A stretch of DNA of 63,102 bases, filler included, from Klebsormidium nitens (taxonomy: Eukaryota > Plantae > Klebsormidiophyceae), in the NCBI GenBank assembly GCA_000708835.1. It is 4 parts of 4 records of this genome, joined end to end, with 100 filler letters (N's around TTAATTAATTAA, not from the genome) between each part and the next. Parts side by side here need not be neighbours in the genome. Positions count along the whole stretch, not along the records: positions 42,312 to 48,750 come from DF237046.1; positions 48,851 to 63,102 come from DF238063.1; 2 more parts are not named here. One strand, 5' to 3'. The translations under genes were made by a program, and so were the position numbers. Under the pieces are notes generated by a model that saw only the letters and a list, made by a program, of their open reading frames with translations, did no database searches and had not been told where the DNA came from. Of the stretch, positions 47,101 to 56,803 are shown one piece after another. Within the stretch, counting starts at the first letter, position 1. Every line of letters begins with the position of its first letter.

Positions 47101-48859
47101 GGGTGTCCTTCCAGTTCCTTCCATTGGACGGTGAGGTGTCCTTTCCTTTCTCGAGTCCGACCGTACTCGGAGTCGGAGTGACACGATCGGACGGCCCATC
47201 CACACTGGCAAACCGGCAGCCCGGGCCGCCCGCCAGTCACTCCCTCAGTGACGGCTCAAGTCTGAAACCTGCGCGCGCTGCTCGCGACAGGACGTCGATT
47301 CTTGTTCGGACGGCAAAACTTCATAACTGCGATGGTCAGCGGCCGGTTTCGGGGCGACCTTGATGCGGAGGGGCAGCGGGTCTTGCCTAAAGGGGGGACA
47401 CGTGTCACTTTTGCGTTGGTCCGTTTCTGGCAAGTTGTCTGAAATCCGGCATATAATCGGCCGAAGCCGAGCCGCCACGTGCCCCCCTCTTCGCTTCTGC
47501 CGGTGCCCTTGAGATTCCGCTACGGGGTCTCTCCGACCGGGTCTGTTCCCGAGTGCAACATTTTGAGGGCAAGAAAACGCGCCTCGCACAGTTCACGACG
47601 AATGCGCGTAGGGCCCCGTACTTATGCGCATACTTCTGGCCATCCGTGTACGCATTTGATCGACCACCTCGACCAGACTCAGCCTCGACTGCAGCGGACT
47701 GCGGGCTTGGAACATTCAAGTCGGCGAAGGCAAATTTTCAATCTCTAATTTCTATATGCCTTCGGCAACAGAACGCCAGTGCGACCCGGGTTGCAGCACT
47801 TAAAGCCTGGACCCATGGCTTTGGAGAAAATTTGCAAATTTGTGCATGTTCGGTTGATCGATGGATTGAATCGGCAGCACGTTACTATTTCAGCCTTTGA
47901 CGGACCCTCATGTGCCTTATGATGGAAACCCCTGCAAAAGAGCAGGTGTACGTCAAACATGCTTAATCAATCACCATTCTTTCTCCGTTGTGGTCGAGAT
48001 GTTCTGGAAAGTACATGTACGTTCCATGCCGGGGAACAAGTATCCAACGTGTTTTTTAAGTCAAGAGCTCCATATTGGATGGTGTACCACATTAAGACTT
48101 GCATGATCGTCCTTCGAGATTGGATTTACTACTGAAGGGACCGACATATGAAGTGCTGTCAATGAGTGCCATACTTCTATGCTTACGGAGCCATTTGGGC
48201 GCAGATATGCAATGTTGAGTGATAAGTGTTAATATTTTTAGCTTGAAGTCAGTATGCAACGCTCTACAATCGAAGCATTGGAAGGAGTGCTTGGCAAATG
48301 ATATCCGTCAATAGCGAGAAAAGTGAACGAAATTGAGCAGCGTCAAGTCATGTTTCGCAGCACTTGTTACAACACCAAGGCCTCTCTTCTTGGCTCGTCA
48401 TGCAATATCACGTAGGTTTCAATGCCCATTTTGGGTTCACACTTGAGGACGCAAATATAGTACAAGTACAGCAACCTGATTGCTGCAAACTTCCATGGTC
48501 CTCAATAACGAGGTTCAGAGAAATATGTAATCGGCTCCCTTTTAATGCACATGCAGCGCTATCAGGGCACATTCCAGAATGTTCAAACAGGCGCCTCCCG
48601 TTGGTCCAAGTGTACACCAGTGTACACCAGACTTCGGCACCAGACTTGGGACTTCTAACCAGCCAGTAGTCCTCTTGAATGCATCCGTACCTTCTTTACT
48701 TCCCACTTGCACCGTCCCCTGTTATCGCCAAAGACTTGCGAGATTACACGNNNNNNNNNNNNNNNNNNNNNNNNNNNNNNNNNNNNNNNNNNNNTTAATT
48801 AATTAANNNNNNNNNNNNNNNNNNNNNNNNNNNNNNNNNNNNNNNNNNNNTTTATCCGA

Positions 48860-49410
48860 TGCAAGGCCTGGCACAGACTCTACATGGTCGTCCATCGCTG
48901 ACGTCATCCAAGTGCGGGCCTGTGTTGGCTTCACATTATCAGAGCCTGTGCTTGTCTTGGCTTTGCGGTGTCCAAAGTGTCCAAGGCCTGGCACAGACTC
49001 TTCATGGTCGTCCATCGCTGATGTCATCAGAGCTCGGGCCTGTCTCGGCTTTGCGGTGTCCAAAGTGTCCAAGGCCTGGCACAGACTCTTCATGGTCGTC
49101 CATCGCTGACGTCATCAGAGCTCGGGCCTGTCTCACAGTGTCCAAGTGTCCAAGGTGTCTAAGCTCTGGCACAGACTCTTCATGGTCGTGTGTCCAAGGT
49201 TTGGCACAAACTCTTCATGGTCGCCCATCGCTGACGTCATCAGAGCTCGGGCCTGTCTTGGCTGCACGGTGTCCAATGTGTCCAAGGTCTGGCAGACAAT
49301 CTTCACGGTCGTCCATCGCCGACGTCATCAGAGCTCGGCCTCTCTCACCGTGTCCAAGTGTCCAAGGTCTGGCAGACAATCTTCGCGGTCGTCCATTGCT
49401 GACGTCATCA
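48860..49410 (+). repeat. Repeat family A array (~6-7 units, ~78 bp) at the left end of the virus-like module
   Basis: GTGTCCAAAGTGTCCAAGGCCTGGCACAGACTCTTCATGGTCGTCCATCGCTGACGTCATCAGAGCTCGGGCCTGTC repeated; begins at an N-gap. Confidence 0.95.
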
Positions 49411-49477
49411 TTCTCTATTGTCATTCGGACCTCTTATCTAAGCACCTGCAACTTGAAACCACTTCGAGGCTCTGCAA

Positions 49478-49981
49478 TTAGTTTGATTCTGACTGTGAAT
49501 CAGAATTGGAATCGACAGATTCTGCTCTCTTTCTTGGAGCCGCCTTCTTTCTAAAGCTTTTCTTTGTGGTGGTCTTGCTAGTCATTTTTGCCCTCGAAAC
49601 CTTCTTTGAAGAACTCATACTCTCGATGTCTTTGATCTCCATCTTTGTAGCTATACTCTGAAAGGTGCCCTCGAATGGCAAACCTGTCGGGCAATTACTT
49701 TTCTTCACCGGACCAATCTCGACCGAATACCCGTACTTCTTGTTCAATGAACGTCGCGAAGTCTCTTGTATGGGGACTACCACCTTCTGTGGAAGAGAAA
49801 CCTTTTTTCCCTGACATTTCTGCGTCCGAAAGAGTCGGGACCCTGCGCGGGCTCTTGCTTGACAGATGCGCCCCTTCTTCGCGTCGATCTCGAGTCGCGT
49901 ATCTTTCAATAGAGCAAGGGCATCATTCCCCTTCGCATCGTAGGCAGCGATCAGCCGAAAGCTTCGCTTCGCGGTTTCCAT
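49478..49981 (-). CDS. Basic 167-aa protein, possibly MC1-like DNA-architectural protein with a Lys-rich tail
   Basis: KRSFRL...KGND, KKGR...ARAGSRLFR and IQETSRRSLNKKYGYSVEIGPV resemble the RxFxL / GR...AA.KA / RETTRGS.KKxYxY pattern I recall for archaeal MC1 and its giant-virus homologues; tail KKVSRAKMTSKTTTKKSFRKKAAPRKR. Confidence 0.5.
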   Translation of the reverse strand: METAKRSFRLIAAYDAKGNDALALLKDTRLEIDAKKGRICQARARAGSRLFRTQKCQGKKVSLPQKVVVPIQETSRRSLNKKYGYSVEIGPVKKSNCPTGLPFEGTFQSIATKMEIKDIESMSSSKKVSRAKMTSKTTTKKSFRKKAAPRKRAESVDSNSDSQSESN

Positions 49982-50152
49982 ATCGGTTGGCCTGGTGCAC
50001 TTTTAATAATAGCTTCGTAGAAAATAATCCCGCCCCCTGAGGCATGTTGTACTATGCGGATTCAAGAATATCCGTTGCATGCAAGAACATAGAGTGCATT
50101 TGGTGTGAAATGCCCGCGGGGAGACAATGAAAACGTAACAAGTGCATTTTAA

Positions 50153-50195
50153 ATAACTAGTTATTCTCCTGAGAAATCCCGGGATTCCTAAGGAA
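50153..50195. promoter_or_regulatory. Cluster of three palindromes in the AT-rich divergent intergenic region
   Basis: ATAACTAGTTAT (50153-50164), AATCCCGGGATT (50175-50186), TTCCTAAGGAA (50185-50195). Function is inferred only. Confidence 0.4.
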
Positions 50196-50352
50196 TTTTC
50201 GGCCCCCCGCACGCAGTTTCAAGAAAATAAGCGTTTAGGAGAGGTTTCGATGTCATTTTATTGTGACCGACCTTTTTGAAATAACTTGTTGCGAGATGGA
50301 AGACATTAATTATAAAATTATTTTCTTGCGTCATCGTAGACGGGTGATAACT

Positions 50353-51168
50353 ATGGATGCTCTACGGAAGGTCTTAGCTGATGGGATTAGGACCGAGAGT
50401 TCCACCGAGCAGTATCTCAAGGGGATTCAGCTTCTATGGAACATGGTCTTTGAGGATGAAATGCCGGAGGATCCATCGTGGATCAAGAACAAGGCTCAGA
50501 AGATCGTTGCAGCTGTTCTAGAGCGCTATGATAACCCTGGTTCCAGGCGTACTCGCTTAGCCCTTTTTCTTGCTATTTGTCGCAAACTCGGCTATGCGGA
50601 GGCTTATCAGACCTACTATGAGCCGTTCCGAAAGGAAAACAAGGCTCTGAAGGAGACCGCTCAACGAAAGATTGAGACAAAGGCCTTGGACGCCGTACCA
50701 GAGATGACCGTTGAAGAAGTCGAAACATTTGGAAAGAAGCTCGCACGCAAGGTCAGACAGTTGAGTCTCGAAGACATGGATCGAGATCTCACTCCTAAGG
50801 AGGTAAAGATCTGCATGTGGCATCTCGTCCTTGAATGGCACATGCTTCTGAGTAAGGAGCATCGTCGTCGCGTAAAATTGCACGAGTTTCCACTCCTGCA
50901 AAAGGGCCAACAGATTGAGGGAGCGAGTTATTTGCTGCAGACCTCACGACGCAAGGGAGATTACAAACTCGTCTTCGAAGACGGAGATCGAATCCCTCTA
51001 ACCAAGATGCTGATCAAGTATCTCCATCGAACCCTTCGATTGATACCTCGAGATTACTTTTTGACTTCTGTCACCCAGCCGCAAACGGCTATGACCGCTA
51101 GCAACTGGTCAATGTTCTTGAGTAAGATTCAATACAATGGAAAGCGCTTCAATCCAGATCGAATGTGA
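50353..51168 (+). CDS. Tyrosine-recombinase-like paralogue lacking the catalytic C-terminus (~271 aa)
   Basis: Same layout as the adjacent YR: TESSTEQYLKGIQLL (cf. SDSTVSVYIRQLKTV), CMWHLVLEWH (cf. VMDHLILALY), LRLIPRDYFL (cf. FNLIPRKHLI). It ends at YNGKRFNPDRM* with no LRH, GHS or catalytic Tyr. Confidence 0.6.
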   Translation: MDALRKVLADGIRTESSTEQYLKGIQLLWNMVFEDEMPEDPSWIKNKAQKIVAAVLERYDNPGSRRTRLALFLAICRKLGYAEAYQTYYEPFRKENKALKETAQRKIETKALDAVPEMTVEEVETFGKKLARKVRQLSLEDMDRDLTPKEVKICMWHLVLEWHMLLSKEHRRRVKLHEFPLLQKGQQIEGASYLLQTSRRKGDYKLVFEDGDRIPLTKMLIKYLHRTLRLIPRDYFLTSVTQPQTAMTASNWSMFLSKIQYNGKRFNPDRM

Positions 51169-51230
51169 GACGTCTGTATCTTACAAAAAATATCTATAAA
51201 GATTAGTAACAACGAGGTGGTTTCACGGCA

Positions 51231-52269
51231 ATGGATTCTAATTTCGAAGCAGAGATTCGCAGAAAACTGAAGGTTCAATCTCCTGATAAGGTTCTCCGCG
51301 GAGATCCGCCAAACAGATCAGATTCAACGGTGTCTGTTTACATCAGGCAACTTAAGACCGTATATGCGGCTGGAGACTTTGGGCCGGACGTGATGAACGA
51401 TCTTGACTGGATCAAGGATCACGAGCAGGTGATTTCGACCATCGAGAGTCTAACGTCGCGTGATGGCAAACTTCTTAAATCATTGACGAAGAGTAATTAT
51501 GCAGCCCCTTTTGCTATTCTTGCTGCTGGAGAGACGCAATCGGTTTACTCGAAGTACATGCAAAGGATGAAGCCAACCGAGGAGGAGCTCGATCATTCTA
51601 TGCAGAGGAAGACACCAAAGGAAGTCGACAACTGGTTGGGCCGAGCTCTTAGAAAAGCGATCGGAACTCGACGATCAGATCCACCGCTATGTCGTGCCGA
51701 GATTCCATAACAAGGAACGCTTAGATCGTTATGATAAGCAGCTGGTGATGGACCATTTGATCCTTGCACTCTACACGATGCCACTGGGACCTTTGCGAAA
51801 TGAATATGCGGAATGCATCTTTTTCATGAGGGATCACGAGAATGATCGCGTTGCGATCGAACCGGGTGACATCAACGTCGTCGAGCCGAAGGACGATCCC
51901 GAGCAGTGTTTCTTTCACATCGGTCGACACAAGACCCTCGAAAAGGATGGAGTTCGGCGCCTTGATATTCCCGAGGATCTCGTAAAGGTTATACTCAGAT
52001 CCTTCAATCTGATTCCTAGAAAACATTTGATCCTTAAGAGGCATTATCTCGTCTGGAAAGATGAACCAATATCGAACTTCACCGTAGTTCTCAACGACCT
52101 TGGTCAACGTCATTTCGGTAGAAATCTTAGCTGCACTCTGCTTCGACACATCTCACATACTGAACAGAGTCCAAAGCTAACGTCTCGTGGTGAAGTGAGA
52201 GCAAAGGCACAATACATGGGCCATAGCATGAGGACTGCGGATGAACTCTATAATAGACGATTCAAATGA
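51231..52269 (+). pseudogene. Tyrosine recombinase/integrase of PLV/virophage type, split by one frameshift near 51636
   Basis: Catalytic set intact in the second frame: PLRNEY (R), RHKT (K), TLLRH (R-H), MGHS...LY (H, Y). The second frame is open from 51637 (WAELLEKR), and joining it to the first frame's DNW restores an NW-x-x-W motif. Confidence 0.85.
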
Positions 52270-52365
52270 GTGGGCAATTCTCTTCTTTCTGTACTTTGTG
52301 TGCGTTCTCTGAGGAGCAATTTTTCTATGTTAGAGTTATCAGGAGGCATCAACTGCACTCCAGCT

Positions 52366-52560
52366 ATGGAATCGACGAATCACAAACATGGATCGACCAC
52401 GTGTGCTGCTTGTCTCGAGGCGAGCATCTATAAGGACGAGCATCAGGCCAAGAAGAGAGAATATTCGAAGAGTTACTATCAGATACATAAAGACGAGATC
52501 CTCTTGAAGAAGGCTCTTGAACGATTGCGAAGGGAAGCAAGACAAGCAGACGGACGAGGC
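52366..52560 (+). CDS. Small ORF segment upstream of and in frame with the primase (CxxC plus KREYSKSYYQIHKDEIL); possibly once a separate gene
   Basis: TCAACLE...KKREYSKSYYQIHKDEILLKK resembles low-complexity helical motifs in small DNA-virus proteins; weak. Confidence 0.3.
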
Positions 52561-52725
52561 AGCGACTTTATGAGGCACAGGCTGCTCTTCCTTGGATTCG
52601 ATCGTACTAGACAATTACACCTCTTTGGCAAGCGTGGGCTCCGTCGGGAGCCGCGTTCCATGTCAAAAATTTTTTGGGGTTGGAAATATAAGGAGGCTCC
52701 GAACCTCCTTCGGTCTGTTGAAACC

Positions 52726-55700
52726 ATGGCAACGAACTCGATTGCGCACGTGTTAGAAGCGTATGCACAAGAAGGACTATACGCTATCCCGGCAAAAGTC
52801 AAAGCAACGGACGAAGGATCGAAGCACATTCTGGCAACGATGCCGCATGCGAAAGGCAATGACGCTATACGAACGGTGTCCGATTGGAGAATGGCAAGGG
52901 ATCGAATCATGGAAAAGATTGAAAAAGATCGATTCAACTTTCTGGCGATAAAGACGGGAACCATTTCAGACATCTTCGTGCTCGATATAGACACACAAGA
53001 CAAACTAGAAAAAGATCTCCAAGCTGGCATGCCTCTCTGGAATAGATTGATTGCGGAACACGGAGAATCAGGCACTTTGAAAGCCACTTCAGCCAGCGGA
53101 GGCCTCCATTACTACTTCTCGTACGGTGAATCACTCAACGAGGGACTCCAATCAGGGAAGTGTTTCGCTGGAGTAGACTATGAGGGCCAGTATTGTGGAA
53201 TAGATGGGCGCGGAGACGAAGGCGTTGTTCTGGCCCCGCCAGGCTCACCTCAGATTGGATTGAATTACACTTGGTGCGCACAACCCTTAAGGACGAACAT
53301 CCGACCAGCTCCATCATCGTTGATCCGATTTCTCAACGATTCTGCTGAGAGATCCGCAAACAAGAGTCCCGTGTCGACTTCGAGCGATCGAATTCAAGAT
53401 TTGTTAGCAAACGGTGCTGATATCAAGCAAACAAGGGGGCTTGAATCAAGCACCGTCGAAGAAACAATGCGAGTGGAGGTGGATACCGATGACTCACACA
53501 ATAGACAAGCACTCCAGCACAAGAGGATTGCTGATGCGATGATGCAGCTGTTACAAGACCGTGCTGGACTCGACACGGAGGTTCGCTTCTCTGGCAACGT
53601 GACCTTTCGCGGTTCGTACGGTATGCTCTATTCATTCATCTGTGATGGTCCTCGAACCTGCATACATGGTCATCAACACACTGGTAGCAACGATTTGACT
53701 CTTGTGAAGCGAGAATGGACGGTGTTCTATCGATGCTTTGGCTCCGAATGCACCGAGAAGCCTCTTACGGAGCTTGGCAACATTCCAATACCAATATCGT
53801 TGTTGGATGCAAATCCTGTACGTCTGCACCCGGCTCATGATTGGAGTACCTTTCCAAATAACATAAGAACGATGTTGCAGGATGCGGTGGAAGCACACAT
53901 GAATCTTATCCGACGTAACGTGACGCAGCGCTATCGAGGCATGGCTGCGATCTTCTCGGCCATGTATCTCGTTAATTGACGGACGCATCATTGCTGAGGG
54001 CAAATGCTTTCACTACTGAAACGGTCGCAGATGGATAATCGATAACGCGTTCCATATACAAACCGTCTTCAGTAACCACATGGCTCGTATCATGACCTGG
54101 TATTCGAAACAGAGATTGAAAGCTTTCAAGCATGAGATTTTTGCACATATGAGAGGCTCTGCAACAGAGCAGAACGTCTTATCAACGCTAGAGTCAGTTC
54201 TTCCAGATTGGGCAATGAACCCAACGACCGAAGAAGAAAGAAAAGCATGCAACACTNNNNNNNNNNNNNNNNNNNNNNNNNNNNNNNNNNNNNNNNNNNN
54301 NNNNNNNNNNNNNNNNNNNNNNNNNNNNNNNNNNNNNNNNNNNNNNNNNNNNNNNNNNNNNNNNNNNNNNNNNNNNNNNNNNNNNNNNNNNNNNNNNNNN
54401 NNNNNNNNNNNNNNNNNNNNNNNNNNNNNNNNNNNNNNNNNNNNNNNNNNNNNNNNNNNNNNNNNNNNNNNNNNNNNNNNNNNNNNNNNNNNNNNNNNNN
54501 NNNNNNNNNNNNNNNNNNNNNNNNNNNNNNNNNNNNNNNNNNNNNNNNNNNNNNNNNNNNNNNNNNNNNNNNNNNNNNNNNNNNNNNNNNNNNNNNNNNN
54601 NNNNNNNNNNNNNNNNNNNNNNNNNNNNNNNNNNNNNNNNNNNNNNNNNNNNNNNNNNNNNNNNNNNNNNNNNNNNNNNNNNNNNNNNNNNNNNNNNNNN
54701 NNNNNNNNNNNNNNNNNNNNNNNNNNNNNNNNNNNNNNNNNNNNNNNNNNNNNNNNNNNNNNNNNNNNNNNNNNNNNNNNNNNNNNNNNNNNNNNNNNNN
54801 NNNNNNNNNNNNNNNNNNNNNNNNNNNNNNNNNNNNNNNNNNNNNNNNNNNNNNNNNNNNNNNNNNNNNNNNNNNNNNNNNNNNNNNNNNNNNNNNNNNN
54901 NNNNNNNNNNNNNNNNNNNNNNNNNNNNNNNNNNNGTCCGAGATTCGTGTATGTCTCGAATTTGTCATGAACTCCTTGCAGGCTCCCCAACCTTTCAGCG
55001 AGATGATGGATATTGCCAATCCGTTCTTGTTTGCGTGTGCAAACGGTGTCATTAACACCGAAATCGGAAAGTTGCTTGCATTCCATCCTGCTCACATGTG
55101 TTCGCGCGCGTCGAAAGCAACTTTTCGTGGAATGCCAAATGCCGGGAGCCGATTCGAGAGGTTCCTGCTTGATTGCTTCAACGATGACAAAGAAGTACTC
55201 GAATAGTATCAGCTCTTCTGCGGCTATTGTATGATGGCAGATACGAGTGAACAATTGTTCCTCGTCAAGCAAGGCAGTGGAGCTAATGGAAAATCGTTGA
55301 CAAAGCTGGCAAGTCTCGAAGTTCTAGGCACTTACGCTGTTGTTATGTCAGAAGGCTGCATCATTGAGGCTGGTAAACGGTCGGCTGGCGCGGCTTCGAG
55401 CCACATTATGGCTCTTCGAGGCGGGCGGCTCGCTGAGACCGACGAGTCGGGAGAGAAAGCAATCTTGAATGAGGCCGCAATGAAAGCCCTATCGAGCGGG
55501 GGGACCACTACAAGGCGCGAGCTGCATAGCAGACAAGAGACGTTCGAGCTCACTGTGAAGACCGTCTCCAACACGAACTACAAGCCTATTCTTCAGAACG
55601 TATCCTACTGTGTCACTCGACACTTGGCACTACTCCCGATGTTGGTCACTTTTTTACCTTCCAAAAAGCTTGACTCTAGCAAACCACGCCAAAAGCTTAT

Positions 55701-56184
55701 TGATACGACATTGGAAACCTATTTGAAAAGCGACCAAGGTCGAGACGAGGGTCTTTCATGGTACGCAGAAGGAGCAAGACGTTATCATGAATTCAAGCGA
55801 GCGAATCCCAACACGCTGCCACTGATGCGCAGACCTCGTGTCATGGAAGAAGCTGTTAGAGCATACATCAACGACTCGGACATAGCTAGGCAATGGATCG
55901 TCGACTGTCTCGAATTCGAAGATCTCCAACCCGGGGAAAGAGCGACATGGCACTTAGCCGTTGGCGAACGGCTCGGAGAGGTGTTCCGAGCTTGGTTGAA
56001 GGAAGAAGACTTGACTAGCTCTCTGTCAGCAACGGCGCTAAAAAAGCGCATCGTGGAGTATGCTGAAGGCAGGAATCGGCTGGTTACAGACGGTCGATTT
56101 ACGGATAGCCAGATTCAATCCCGAGGACAGTTCAAAGGCCTTTCGGGGGTTCGACTGAAGTCTGGCTTCGAACCTCATGCGTAA
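52726..56184 (+). pseudogene. Prim-Pol (bifunctional primase/polymerase), Zn-binding domain and D5-like SF3 helicase; decayed and interrupted by gap 54257-54935
   Basis: AIKTGTISDIFVLDID, TSASGGLHYYF, IDGRGDEGVVLAPPGS (Prim-Pol); CDGPRTCIHGHQH...FYRCFGSEC (Zn); FACANGVIN (D5_N); GSGANGKS Walker A, RLAETDES Walker B, SNTNYKP motif C. Frameshift at ~53976 and stops at ~54016 and ~55204. Confidence 0.9.
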
Positions 56185-56294
56185 GAGTGGACGACGACGG
56201 TCGGAGCACGCGTTTGCATGCAGATGAGAGCTATAGAACTTGCAAGCTGGTTGTTTGATAAGATATACATTCCTTGTCTGAGTTCTCGTCTGAA

Positions 56295-56615
56295 GGTCTG
56301 CAGACCAGATGTCTATAAGACCACGATTTCAAGTAATTTCGATCTCGGAATTCTTGGAGACTTCTGGTCTGCAGACCAAAAGTCTATAAGACCACGATTT
56401 CAAGTAATTTCGATTTCAGAATTCTTTTAGGGACCATGATTGCTATAATAGAAAAGACCTGGGATCCGGGTCTTCTGGGCTTCTGGTCTGCAGACCAATA
56501 GTCTATAAGACCACGATTTCCAGTAATCTCGACTTCAAAATTCTTCAGGGACCATGATTGCTATGATAGAAAAGACCTGGAATCCGGGTCTCCTGGGCTT
56601 CTGGTCTGCGGCCCC
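56295..56615. repeat. Tandem ~70/120-bp repeats containing the perfect palindrome GGTCTGCAGACC (14 bp TGGTCTGCAGACCA in two units), just downstream of the helicase
   Basis: Palindromes at 56295, 56365 and 56484 (degenerate at 56604), each followed by TCTATAAGACCACGATTTC in the first three. Confidence 0.92.
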
Positions 56616-56803
56616 ATCTAGGCACGATTGTGCCACTGGCACAAGTACCTTTCACGTTTGCACCGAAGTGGCATAGCTTCTTCAAGTGATAATAACCATA
56701 CATTAAGCACATCGATGCTGTTGGACCATGCATGCAACATATGATAGAACATACAAGTCATGGTAACAATTCGGTTGGTGTTTCGATTGTTTCGACAGTG
56801 TTT

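Larger units (their letters stand above)
48860..56615. mobile_element. Decaying endogenous virus-like / self-replicating element (MC1-like, YR paralogue, YR, Prim-Pol/D5 helicase); no capsid or packaging ATPase gene seen
   Basis: Densely packed intronless ORFs with a gene set typical of Polinton-like viruses, virophages and transpovirons, bracketed by two repeat arrays and carrying frameshifts and nonsense codons. Confidence 0.8.

Noticed and set aside
48860-49410. Repeat A arrays as CRISPR arrays or as coding ORFs (e.g. 48859-49554, 9334-9669, 59135-59544)
   Set aside because: No unique spacers; the ORFs are just translated repeat units open in several frames on both strands.
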